Shown one piece after another: positions 8,550 through 17,731 of a DNA stretch of 64,000 nt (positions within the stretch are counted from its first letter, which is position 1; every line of letters starts with the position of its first letter). Origin of the DNA: Spirochaetaceae bacterium (lineage in GTDB: Bacteria > Spirochaetota > Spirochaetia > DSM-2461). The position numbers were made by a program, and so were the translations under genes. The notes beneath the pieces are model-generated. The model searched no databases. It saw only the letters and a program-made list of their open reading frames with translations, and was not told the origin of the DNA. The stretch lies in assembly GCA_016744925.1 (NCBI GenBank), contig JADGDJ010000002.1:4024-68023 (forward strand), given 5' to 3'.

Positions 8550-10840
8550 TACCTCTTAATCAACTTTAATTTGAGGAGGTAAGCGAGTATCGCCGGCAGT
8601 ATTATCAGTGTACCCACCATGGTAAAAGTAAGAGTGAATGAGACCAGAGCCCCGAAATAGACAATACCTTTGAATGAAGCAAGTGTGAGCACCATCAGCC
8701 CGCAGACTATCGATGCCGTTGTCAGCGCAATGGGGCGTCCGGAAATCCTTCCGCAACTGTGCAGAATCTCTTTCGTCGTTCCACCGATCATAAGCCGTCT
8801 TTTAAACTGGAGCAGATAGTGGATAGCATCGTCTACACCCACTCCTATTGCTACGCTTGAAACCATCATCGTCGTAATATCCAGGGGTATCTTGAAAAGA
8901 TACATGAATATGAAGTTCAGCATAATTCCCGAGAGCAGAGGTATGAGTGTCACCAGGCCGTACACAAGAGACTTGAAGAAAAATGTGGAGATCAGGAAGA
9001 CCAGTCCTATGGAAATGGCTGTAGACAGAAGCTGATCTCTGTTCACGTTATCAGCAAGATCCAGATACTCGTAGTCGAAACCCCAGAGGTCGTGAGAGAG
9101 TTCGGCAGGTAAAGTTTCATCTGATTTGGTTTCTATAAAATTGATGAGTTCTTTCAGCCCCTCTTCAGCCAGAAAGGCATTGGCCTCGTTGTTGTAGAAC
9201 ATTATGGTTATATTGATCCTCGAAAAATCTTCATTGATCATATTTGAACTGAGACCTGATTCTACAGTTCCCGAAAGCGCTTTAAAATATTTGGACATGA
9301 GCAGCATCAGTCCTCTCGATTCGGGAATGGTGTTGTTTCCGGACATAATCGAGTTCAGATCTCCTATCACTTCGGAAAAGGACGATACTTTTGCAACATT
9401 CTCATGAGTCAAAATCTGTTCTTCCAGTTCTTTAATCACCTTGAGATTCTTGGGATCGAGGAAATAACTTTTAGAACCTACAGGGGCATCGATGTACAGG
9501 TTGAATGTTTGTGAACCGGCGAAATTCTCCATAATGAAATCCAGGCCTTCGACAGCGGGGTCTTCATCGGGAAAATAGCTGGTATAGTTGGACTGATGAG
9601 TAATTTTCGGGTAAGCGAAGAAGAATGACACACCGATGATTAAAAACAGGATGAGAAATAGCATTCTTTTTTCGTAGACGACATTACTTATATTTCCCAT
9701 GAATGTCGTAAATTTTCCGCTTTGAACCCTTTTTTTCTGACTGTGATCGGGGTTTTTCATTCGCGATAGGGCTGCGGGCAGAAAGGTCAGCGAAAGAACG
9801 GCACAGGCGATGATCCCGAAACTTGTGGACAGACCGAATTCTCTTGAAGCGTTCATCGATGTGAACATTAAGCTCATAAACCCGATGACAGTGGTCAGTG
9901 CAGCCATGATAATTGTTTTGTTTACATGCTGAGATGCTTCGATGATCCACTTGTTATCTTTGTGTTCTGTTTGGGCGTCGTGATAGTATTGGTTGAGGAA
10001 GTGAATTGTGTAGGATGTTCCTATTGTCAGGACAAGGGGGGGGATCACTATGCTCACCATAGTGATCTCAAATCCGAGTAATCCCATCATTCCCAAAGCC
10101 CAGGTCGTACCGATCATAACAATTGTCATGGGGAGAAACAAAGCTCTTTTAGATCTGAATCCGATATAAAATAGTATGAGGATGGCTACCAGTGCCAGAG
10201 ATAGTAGAGTGAAGAGGTCTCGCGTTAAATAGATGGATGACTGATAAGTCAGGAAAGGTGTTCCCGTTCCATATACTGTAAAATAGGGTTCAAGTTTTTT
10301 TACGATCTCCTGGAAGGGGAAGACTATATCCGTCTCGATCATGGGCGGATGGTAAAACATGGCCATATATTTGTCGCCATCATCGGTAAAGAAGATATCC
10401 CGGGAGAAGTGGTCGTTTTTCAGGTTCTCTTTGTAGACCTCGAACTCCTCCTCTGTCTGTGGTGCCCGTCTTTCGGTAAAAAGAGGAATGGGTGCCAGTC
10501 GTCCGCCTTTTTTCTTAAAAGTTATGGCATTGAAAACGGAACTGCTGTAGCTTCCTGTTAATTCATTCAATTCGTTCACAGCTTGCTCGAAAGCCTGAAG
10601 GGCCTCTATGGAGAGTTCCCCCTTCGTGTCGAGGGCCATGAGAAAGTAATTTCTCTCCTGATTTTCAGGGTCGTATTTTTCAATAAGAGCATTCAGTTTT
10701 TCATTCTCCGGAAGAAGGGCTTCCAGATTGGCGTTGACTTGTAGTTTTGTTGTGGAAAACACCATAAATATTGTAATCGCCACAATGACTAGGATTGTCG
10801 CCATTGAGTGGCGCAGAGAAAATTCAAGGATTTTATTCAT
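8549..10840 (-). CDS. MMPL/RND family transporter
   Basis: Two TM repeats with periplasmic loops; TIGTSYTIH and IGVGVDDAIH motifs; TTVIGF. Confidence 0.88.
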   Translation of the reverse strand: MNKILEFSLRHSMATILVIVAITIFMVFSTTKLQVNANLEALLPENEKLNALIEKYDPENQERNYFLMALDTKGELSIEALQAFEQAVNELNELTGSYSSSVFNAITFKKKGGRLAPIPLFTERRAPQTEEEFEVYKENLKNDHFSRDIFFTDDGDKYMAMFYHPPMIETDIVFPFQEIVKKLEPYFTVYGTGTPFLTYQSSIYLTRDLFTLLSLALVAILILFYIGFRSKRALFLPMTIVMIGTTWALGMMGLLGFEITMVSIVIPPLVLTIGTSYTIHFLNQYYHDAQTEHKDNKWIIEASQHVNKTIIMAALTTVIGFMSLMFTSMNASREFGLSTSFGIIACAVLSLTFLPAALSRMKNPDHSQKKRVQSGKFTTFMGNISNVVYEKRMLFLILFLIIGVSFFFAYPKITHQSNYTSYFPDEDPAVEGLDFIMENFAGSQTFNLYIDAPVGSKSYFLDPKNLKVIKELEEQILTHENVAKVSSFSEVIGDLNSIMSGNNTIPESRGLMLLMSKYFKALSGTVESGLSSNMINEDFSRINITIMFYNNEANAFLAEEGLKELINFIETKSDETLPAELSHDLWGFDYEYLDLADNVNRDQLLSTAISIGLVFLISTFFFKSLVYGLVTLIPLLSGIMLNFIFMYLFKIPLDITTMMVSSVAIGVGVDDAIHYLLQFKRRLMIGGTTKEILHSCGRISGRPIALTTASIVCGLMVLTLASFKGIVYFGALVSFTLTFTMVGTLIILPAILAYLLKLKLIKR

Positions 10841-10946
10841 GTATTAGGTAACTCCTGCATTACCTTCAAATATATTCTTTTTAATATGAACTTTTCAATA
10901 GGGACTTATTGTTGATCTTTTTCTTTTGTGGCATATTCATATTCTT

Positions 10947-11735
10947 ATGAAATTATATGATTCGGTTAATGAAATAATCAGTAAAGTCCAGAAGAGTACG
11001 GGAAAACCTGTACTGTTAACTCCTGTGAAGGGAATGGCTACAATGGCGGAAGTGAAAATCGCCAGAAAGAACAGTGATACACATCGAATTTTCTACAATG
11101 CCGATAGTCCCGAAGAGATCAATCATCTTTTAGGCTGCAAATGTGTTCAGATTTTGAGAACCTACGAAACTTCTGAAGAACAGAGGCTCATGGCTGTTGC
11201 TTATCAGGACAATATGAATAATGCCAAAATGCAAATAGAAGCTGAATCGGGTGTGAAACCCGAGTTGAGGGAAGTTCTGAATAACAACGAACTTGTATCC
11301 TCGTGGGTTTTGGGTGTCATAAATCAGGTTATAAGTCAGCCGGCTGACCTCGTTGTGGAAAAAATAATTCACGACCAGTATCCCTCTTTGAGAAAACTTC
11401 AGAAAACAGTTCTTGAAAAACAATTTAAGGACTATATCACGACATTGAATCCCAAGGTAAGAGATCTGAGTCCATCTGTCGTTTTCGATGCTTCTGCCAT
11501 TATGAATTATGTCTATCTGCGTATTCTCGACGATTATCTCGGTACGGATTTTACGGTGAGAACCGAGCATGTCTATAAAAGAAAAAGATCGGAAGCTCTC
11601 TATGATTTCACCAAGGCCAACACTGGTGGAAACACCGGGCAGGATCGTCTCGTCATCGACCACTGGGCGGAAAAATTGAAAATCAGAAGCTGGTATGAGT
11701 GGTCAGATTTTGAAGATGTACCGGATGATTATTAA
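10947..11735 (+). CDS. hypothetical protein
   Basis: Long ORF with ordinary composition; start uncertain (10926 TTG or 10947 ATG). Confidence 0.7.
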   Translation: MKLYDSVNEIISKVQKSTGKPVLLTPVKGMATMAEVKIARKNSDTHRIFYNADSPEEINHLLGCKCVQILRTYETSEEQRLMAVAYQDNMNNAKMQIEAESGVKPELREVLNNNELVSSWVLGVINQVISQPADLVVEKIIHDQYPSLRKLQKTVLEKQFKDYITTLNPKVRDLSPSVVFDASAIMNYVYLRILDDYLGTDFTVRTEHVYKRKRSEALYDFTKANTGGNTGQDRLVIDHWAEKLKIRSWYEWSDFEDVPDDY

Positions 11736-11807
11736 TAGTTATTTGAATTCGCATATATTTCAGTTGATAATTATAACCAATATATAACAACTATTAGTAG
11801 GTAACAT

Positions 11808-14012
11808 ATGCGAATTACAATCAAAACCAAAATAGCTCTGGGTACAATAGCGCTTTCGGTCCTTATCGGAGTCTTTGCCTTTGTCTTAATTATAAATTCC
11901 ATTTCAAACAGCAGGATTCAGGCTCAATTGGTCCATGCCAATGAAGAATATGATTTTCTTCAAGATATACAGCTACAGATTACCAATACCTGGCAGTATT
12001 TAACTGATGCAAGCCTCACCCAGGATCTCTCTGTAATAAGGAATGAAGCATCTGAGGCAAAAAAAATAGCTGAAGAAGATATAGCCAGCTTATTAGATCA
12101 TAACAATTCATATGAACAACGATTAAGCGAGTTTGAATCTGCTTTGGACAATTTTTGGAGTACCGGATTAAAAATGCAGGTGGCTTATAGTAGATCCTAT
12201 ACCGAAGGCAATCAGCTGATGGAACAATTTGATGCCGCCGGAAGCAAGATGTTGGATCGATTGAACTCTCTCGGGGCACCTATTATTGAACTGAGAGACC
12301 AGTTGTCTCTGGAATACACAGAAAAAGTTGATGCCTTTAATAATATTCTCATTATATCTGCAGCCATGTGTGTGCTCGTGATAATTCTCCTGAGTATTGT
12401 ATTGTCAAATCAAATGATAAAGCCAATTAGACATTTAACGAACTCTTTAGAGGAACTGGCCACCAGCGAGGGAGACCTGACATTCAGAATTGATGTCAGA
12501 ACAAATGATGAGCTTCGTGATATGGCGGGCAGTTTGAATGAATTTATTGAAAAGCTGCGCTCTATTCTCTTAAGCGTGACACAATTAATTTTGAAGAATG
12601 AACTATTGGGAACGCATCTGTCTTCGTCGTCTAAAGAGAGCGCGCAATCTGTTTCTCAAATTGTATCTTCAATGAGCGATATGCAGCAGGGCAGTGAAAC
12701 GCTGGATCGCTCTATTTCCAATGCTTCAGCATCTGTTGAGGAGATTCAGCAAACCATAATCAGCCTGACAAAACAGATTGACCATCAGTTTTCCGCCATC
12801 GAGCAATCCAGTACAGCCACTGAAGAAATCATGGCTTCAGTTAGTAATGTGGCCAAAATTTCAGAATCGAGGCTTTCCACTATGGATAATCTTGTATTGA
12901 GGATTAAAAATGGCGGTGAAAAAGTTGAAATAACAAATGAAATTATTCAGGAAATACAGAAAAATGCAGATGATATGATGGACATGGTTGATATCATCAA
13001 TAATATTTCCAATCAGACCAACCTGCTGGCTATGAATGCTTCGATTGAAGCGGCTCATGCGGGAGATGCCGGAAAAGGCTTTGCTGTTGTGGCCGATGAA
13101 ATTCGGAAACTTGCAGAAGGAACCAGTTCAAATGCGGGGATGATAGCCCAGTCTTTGAATGCGACTTCCGAGAAAATCAATATGGCTACAGAAGCAGGAA
13201 ATGAGAGCGAGAAAGCTTTTGAAGTCATCAATGATGAGGTTTTGATATTTTCAAGCTCTCTTCAGGAAGTCTCTCTCTCTATGAATGAGCTATCAATGGC
13301 CAGTAATGAGATTCTCAGTTCCATTTCGACTCTCAGAGATACGAGTACCATTGTAAAAGAGGCTTCCGATGAAATCAGTATCGGTATAGATGAAATCCTA
13401 ACATCCGTATTGGATGTTAAAGAGGTCTCTTCCTCTACTCTCGATACAATTCGAAACATTTCAAATGTGACAGAACAGCTTAACAAAAATTCACTTCAGG
13501 TTTCCGCCTTTGGAAATCAGAATAAATACAACAATACTCTGCTCTCGGCAGAGATCCGAAAATTTCATATAGGCGAAGATTCATCTCTTGAAGAAAAAGA
13601 GATAACTGTAGGAATTGATTGGTCTGATCTCCTGTCTGTCGGAATTAATGAAATGGATGACGAGCACAAGGAACTCTTTGTACGAATCAATTCTCTACTG
13701 ACAGCATTGGTCAAAGGTACAACGGATTATTCCGTTGTGGAGATTGTAAGCTATATCAATGAGTATATCGATTTCCACTTCAGGGATGAAGAAAAAATGT
13801 TGGAGAAACACAATTATCCGAAAATAAAAGAGCATAAAAAACTGCACGCAATTTATGAAGCGGAATTTGCTAAAATCGAGGAGAAGCTTATACAAGGCAA
13901 TTTTGATGCCATGCTGCTCATCGAAATCCAAGACAAAGTAGTTAACTGGTTATTGAATCACATAGCGAAAGCGGATAAGGAATACAGTATTTATATTAAA
14001 TCGCTTTCCTGA
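11808..14012 (+). CDS. methyl-accepting chemotaxis protein with C-terminal hemerythrin domain
   Basis: 2 TM + [42 protein letters not shown] hairpin, then W....[12 protein letters not shown] / HFRDEE / HKKLH / [10 protein letters not shown] hemerythrin ligands. Confidence 0.93.
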   Translation: MRITIKTKIALGTIALSVLIGVFAFVLIINSISNSRIQAQLVHANEEYDFLQDIQLQITNTWQYLTDASLTQDLSVIRNEASEAKKIAEEDIASLLDHNNSYEQRLSEFESALDNFWSTGLKMQVAYSRSYTEGNQLMEQFDAAGSKMLDRLNSLGAPIIELRDQLSLEYTEKVDAFNNILIISAAMCVLVIILLSIVLSNQMIKPIRHLTNSLEELATSEGDLTFRIDVRTNDELRDMAGSLNEFIEKLRSILLSVTQLILKNELLGTHLSSSSKESAQSVSQIVSSMSDMQQGSETLDRSISNASASVEEIQQTIISLTKQIDHQFSAIEQSSTATEEIMASVSNVAKISESRLSTMDNLVLRIKNGGEKVEITNEIIQEIQKNADDMMDMVDIINNISNQTNLLAMNASIEAAHAGDAGKGFAVVADEIRKLAEGTSSNAGMIAQSLNATSEKINMATEAGNESEKAFEVINDEVLIFSSSLQEVSLSMNELSMASNEILSSISTLRDTSTIVKEASDEISIGIDEILTSVLDVKEVSSSTLDTIRNISNVTEQLNKNSLQVSAFGNQNKYNNTLLSAEIRKFHIGEDSSLEEKEITVGIDWSDLLSVGINEMDDEHKELFVRINSLLTALVKGTTDYSVVEIVSYINEYIDFHFRDEEKMLEKHNYPKIKEHKKLHAIYEAEFAKIEEKLIQGNFDAMLLIEIQDKVVNWLLNHIAKADKEYSIYIKSLS

Positions 14013-14043
14013 AATAGTTTGATTTCTCTTAGATCTTTATCAT

Positions 14044-14115
14044 GTCCTGACGCAGCTGGAAACACCGGGTCGGACTTTTCAATGACCCTCTCCCGCCTCC
14101 GGCGGATTGAGAGGG
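14044..14115. repeat. GC-rich double hairpin (REP-like)
   Basis: GTCCTGAC...GTCGGAC and CCCTCTC-CCGCC-TCC-GGCGG-ATT-GAGAGGG stems in an AT-rich intergenic region. Confidence 0.45.
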
Positions 14116-14169
14116 CTGAAATAAAAGAAATGGATCATATGTGAAAGAGTGGATATAATTGCATAGATT

Positions 14170-15285
14170 ATGGGATGTATGAGTAATAGTGATGTAATTT
14201 TAATCTTTCTGATAGCCGCCAGTTCTTTGCAAATTCTCAGTCTGTCCCTTGTGATACTGGTAAAGCGAAATCAAAAACAAATAAACTATATAAATGGGCT
14301 TATTTATTTTTTATACGGGATGAGTCATCTTTGTGATACGACATATCGTCAAGGGACGGAATACCTTAGCCCTCATCTGCTTCATATCAATACTCTTTTG
14401 GTGTTTTTTCTTGCTCCGGTTATTTACATCTATTTCATGATGATTCTACGCGAGGACTATCAAGTGAAAATGAAGCATTATTTTCTTATTCTTCCGGGAA
14501 TAATTGTTCTGCTGGCGCTTATCCCTTTCTATATTCTCGATGCGCCCTCTAAATTGGCCATCTATCCTTTTATCTATAATTCTCATAATCCAATGAAATT
14601 CATAGATCTCATTCTTAGAAATTCCAGATCGGTCATTATTATTATCAGTTTCCTGCTCACCTTGCGATCCACATTCTTTCTCTGGAATAAGAGGGCCTTG
14701 GCTCATATAAAAATTATACGACGCCTCCTGCTTTATATGGCCGGTTGGGTCTTTCTGGCCGGTGTGTATGGCGTAGCTGGTTTTACCGGTGATGTCCTTG
14801 TTTATCGGATCGCATCCCTGACAGGAAATTTCCTGCTGTTACTCTATTTTCTTTTCACCTGCCGGGATCCGGACTTTTTCAGTAAAGTCCAAAAAGAGTC
14901 AACAGAGATCAGGTACCTCAATTCCCGGCTCAAGAGTATTGATAAGGACAAAGTTCTGGCTCAGTTGAATTCTCTCATAACTCAGGAAGAGATTTATAAG
15001 GAAAGCATGCTTACTCTGAAAACGCTAAGTCGTGAGCTGGCCATTACTCCTTCCCAGCTTTCTGAACTGCTCAACAGTCATTACTGCACGAACTTTAACA
15101 ACTATATTAATTCCCACAGGATTGATGAAGTAAAAAAAACACTGAAGGATCATCCCAATGTGAATATTCTTCAGACCGCTTTCGAATGCGGATTTAATTC
15201 AAAAACTGCCTTTAATAATGCTTTTCGGAAGTTCACCAACCTCTCCCCATCCCATTATCGCAAAAATATACGTTCCGAATCATGA
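14170..15285 (+). CDS. membrane-anchored AraC family regulator
   Basis: About 7 N-terminal TM segments; C-terminal NFNNYINSHRI...AFECGFNSKTAFNNAFRKFTNLSPSHYR HTH. Confidence 0.9.
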   Translation: MGCMSNSDVILIFLIAASSLQILSLSLVILVKRNQKQINYINGLIYFLYGMSHLCDTTYRQGTEYLSPHLLHINTLLVFFLAPVIYIYFMMILREDYQVKMKHYFLILPGIIVLLALIPFYILDAPSKLAIYPFIYNSHNPMKFIDLILRNSRSVIIIISFLLTLRSTFFLWNKRALAHIKIIRRLLLYMAGWVFLAGVYGVAGFTGDVLVYRIASLTGNFLLLLYFLFTCRDPDFFSKVQKESTEIRYLNSRLKSIDKDKVLAQLNSLITQEEIYKESMLTLKTLSRELAITPSQLSELLNSHYCTNFNNYINSHRIDEVKKTLKDHPNVNILQTAFECGFNSKTAFNNAFRKFTNLSPSHYRKNIRSES

Positions 15286-15294
15286 TTCGGGGCG
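15271..15294. promoter_or_regulatory. palindromic putative operator overlapping araC stop codon
   Basis: Perfect 16-bp palindrome CCGAATCATGATTCGG (15275-15290), about 130 bp upstream of the lipoprotein gene. Confidence 0.45.
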
Positions 15295-15422
15295 CTGCTA
15301 TTCTCTACTCTGGGTATTCTTGCCTGATAAATTGAATATCTTCCATCTCCCTATAGAGAGAGAGGGGATGCGGGTATCGGTTTTTTTAATTATTCAGAGA
15401 CCAAAGCGGACGGAGATAAAAC

Positions 15423-16592
15423 ATGAGAAAATTTAAAATGGCAGCTCTACTGATTATTACGATTATATTATTATTCACCGGTTGTCCCACCGGAATGGAT
15501 GGAGTCTCCACTCCCAGTGGCGAAGACCTGATCGTTTATGTCGATGCAAATTATACAGGAGCTAATAGCGACGGATCTTCAAACAAACCGCTCACCTCTA
15601 TTTCGTATGGGTTGGTTCAAGCCTCTATCCTGGGTTACTCAAGTGTGTATGTGGCTATCGGTGATTATAATGTTACTTACCCTATTGATATGATCGAAGG
15701 AATTTCTCTTTACGGTGGATATAATTCTTTAGACTGGAGCAGGTCTGAATACGAAACAAAAACTGCCCGTGAAGTTAATAGCACAACAATTACTTATACT
15801 GGTCGTGATGATGGAAGTCTGGAAAGTCCCAATTCTGTAGTTTATGCAGGATCCGGTGTCACAGTAAATACCATAATTGAAGGTTTTACATTAGAGGGAA
15901 AAGCTAACGGTGATTACAGCTCTGCTATTTTAACCCGCGGAGGCTCTCCGGCAATAAGATATAACACAATAATTGGTGGTAGCGGAGGGGGGACCAAATT
16001 CGGTATCTATAATTATTCTTCTTCCCCTTCAATAAGTCATAATGCAATAGATGGCGGAAGCGGGGGGGGGAGCACCGGGGGGATTTCCAATGATTCATCT
16101 TCTCCTTCTATAAATAATAATACTATAGATGGCGGAAGCGGAGGGGGAGGCACATACGGAATTGACAATGATTCTTCTTCCCCTTCAATAAGAAACAATA
16201 CAATTACTGGAGGTAGTGGAGGGGGGAACAGGCTCGGTATTTGGAATACGTCTTCTTCTTCTCCTACAATAATTAATAATATTATTGTTATTGTTGCGAG
16301 TGTAAACTCTAAATATGGGATTTTAAATCTTTCTTCATCTTCTCCTACGGTTCAGAATAACTGCATCTATGTAAATGGGACTGACTCCGGCCACAGTTAC
16401 GCAGGTCCTGTTGGTAATATAGCTACTAATCCGGGAATCAATTTCTCAACAGATGCCTGGCATGACGGTTATGTTATTGGTGATTTAGCTATCACTTCAG
16501 GGGGGATGGATCTCTCTGGTGATTTCACAACCGATAAAGACGGTAATACACGGACTGTCCCCTGGTCTATAGGTGCCTTTGAATTTGATTAA
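15423..16592 (+). CDS. lipoprotein with parallel beta-helix repeats
   Basis: Lipobox LFTG-C; YVDA...DGSSNKP (DUF1565-like); tandem SSSPSI.NNTIDGGSGGG repeats; C-terminal DKDGNTR...SIGAFE. Confidence 0.8.
   Translation: MRKFKMAALLIITIILLFTGCPTGMDGVSTPSGEDLIVYVDANYTGANSDGSSNKPLTSISYGLVQASILGYSSVYVAIGDYNVTYPIDMIEGISLYGGYNSLDWSRSEYETKTAREVNSTTITYTGRDDGSLESPNSVVYAGSGVTVNTIIEGFTLEGKANGDYSSAILTRGGSPAIRYNTIIGGSGGGTKFGIYNYSSSPSISHNAIDGGSGGGSTGGISNDSSSPSINNNTIDGGSGGGGTYGIDNDSSSPSIRNNTITGGSGGGNRLGIWNTSSSSPTIINNIIVIVASVNSKYGILNLSSSSPTVQNNCIYVNGTDSGHSYAGPVGNIATNPGINFSTDAWHDGYVIGDLAITSGGMDLSGDFTTDKDGNTRTVPWSIGAFEFD
15945..16280 (+). repeat. intragenic ~78-bp tandem repeats with a G9 tract
   Basis: ATAGATGGCGGAAGCGG recurs 78 bp apart (16047, 16125); TCTTCTTCCCCTTCAATAAG recurs 156 bp apart; G9 at 16062-16070. 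Confidence 0.75.
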
Positions 16593-16631
16593 ATAGCACA
16601 ATAACGGGCAAAATTATTGTATTCAGCTCAT

Positions 16632-16667
16632 CTCTCCTCTCCCTTTGGGAGAGGGTGGGGAGTGAGG
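16632..16667. repeat. REP-like hairpin / possible terminator
   Basis: CCTCTCCC-TTT-GGGAGAGG followed by GTGGGGAGTGAGG, between convergent genes. Confidence 0.55.
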
Positions 16668-16676
16668 ATTAAAAAA

Positions 16677-17303
16677 TCAGATAGCCTTTTGAAAATGGTT
16701 TGTATCTTTAATTCTCTTAAATCCCATTTTCTTGAGGTATTTGTCGTGAGCGGGCACTTCAGAGTGTACCTTGTAGAATTTTTTTTTGGTCAGGTCGATG
16801 TCGAGATGGTGGACAGCATAGTCAAAAAAGTAACTTGAACTCTTGTGGTCTCTGAATTGAGGAGTGGCATAATCCAGCAATATTTCTATTTCTTCCCCCT
16901 CTGTGTCTCTGTACAGCATTAACAGGACGGGGATCATGTCCCGCAGAATGTAGGCGCTGTTCAGGTCTTTCAATGATTCCTCTTTGAAATCGGGAAAGAA
17001 TTTCAGTATGTCCTTTTTATAGTGTTTCATAAATAATTCTGAATAGTATTTGGTTCCACTGTTGTTGATTATAAAGTCAAATTTTTCTTTATTTACAATG
17101 AGTGTAATGTAATAGTAGATATCGATTATGGCGATTAAAAGATTCACGATAACTACGGGCATAGAGCCTATTAAATAACCATATCCGGAGAATAAAACGG
17201 CTCCGATCAGATTAATCAGTCTGAGAGTTTTTATATTTTTCATAGTTAGTGACACAGCAATAATGATAGAGGCAAAGGTTCCGAATATTGTTATATAATC
17301 CAT
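16677..17303 (-). CDS. YgjV-like small membrane protein with soluble C-terminal domain
   Basis: SLTMKNIKTLRLINLIGA..FSGYG N-terminal TM motif; LDYATPQFRD; HDKYLKKMGF. Confidence 0.65.
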   Translation of the reverse strand: MDYITIFGTFASIIIAVSLTMKNIKTLRLINLIGAVLFSGYGYLIGSMPVVIVNLLIAIIDIYYYITLIVNKEKFDFIINNSGTKYYSELFMKHYKKDILKFFPDFKEESLKDLNSAYILRDMIPVLLMLYRDTEGEEIEILLDYATPQFRDHKSSSYFFDYAVHHLDIDLTKKKFYKVHSEVPAHDKYLKKMGFKRIKDTNHFQKAI

Positions 17304-17394
17304 AGAGATCTCCTTGAGTTGTCCACCTTATAGTATAATACATAACCCATAAACTCTTTCCATCATCATTTATTAAAACAATTGTTTTTTACCC

Positions 17395-17423
17395 TAGACA
17401 AAAAGACAAATGGGTCGGATAAT
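17395..17423 (+). promoter_or_regulatory. sigma70-type promoter of the ygfK operon
   Basis: TAGACA, 17 bp, GATAAT. Confidence 0.5.
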
Positions 17424-17444
17424 ATTCGGAGCAATGTTATTACG

Positions 17445-17457
17445 ATTGTAAGACAAA
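17445..17457. promoter_or_regulatory. putative purine-regulon operator, copy 1
   Basis: ATTGTAAGACAAA, 11/13 to ATTGTCAGACAAT; weaker copy TGGGTCGGATAAT (17411-17423) overlaps the -10. Confidence 0.55.
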
Positions 17458-17731
17458 CATACAATCACACAACCTGATTAACACTGCCGGCATGAATCTG
17501 AGCTTCGGAGAAGGAACAGGTTCGGGCTGCATCCACATACACGAGGTCAATTACATCGTTATCTGCGAAAATTACTGATTGAATAGGTCTTATTTTACAT
17601 ATTTACAAAATCATTGCTGCATATTTTATTATAGTCAGAAATATAACTGCGTATTGTTTTGCAGGATGTATCCGCAGAGCATGTTTTTGCGGATTCGTTG
17701 TGAAATAAAGACAAAAATTAAGGAGTCCTGA

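Noticed and set aside
15423-16592. Diversity-generating retroelement target
   Set aside because: No reverse transcriptase or adenine-specific template/variable repeat pair seen; repeats are in-frame beta-helix units.
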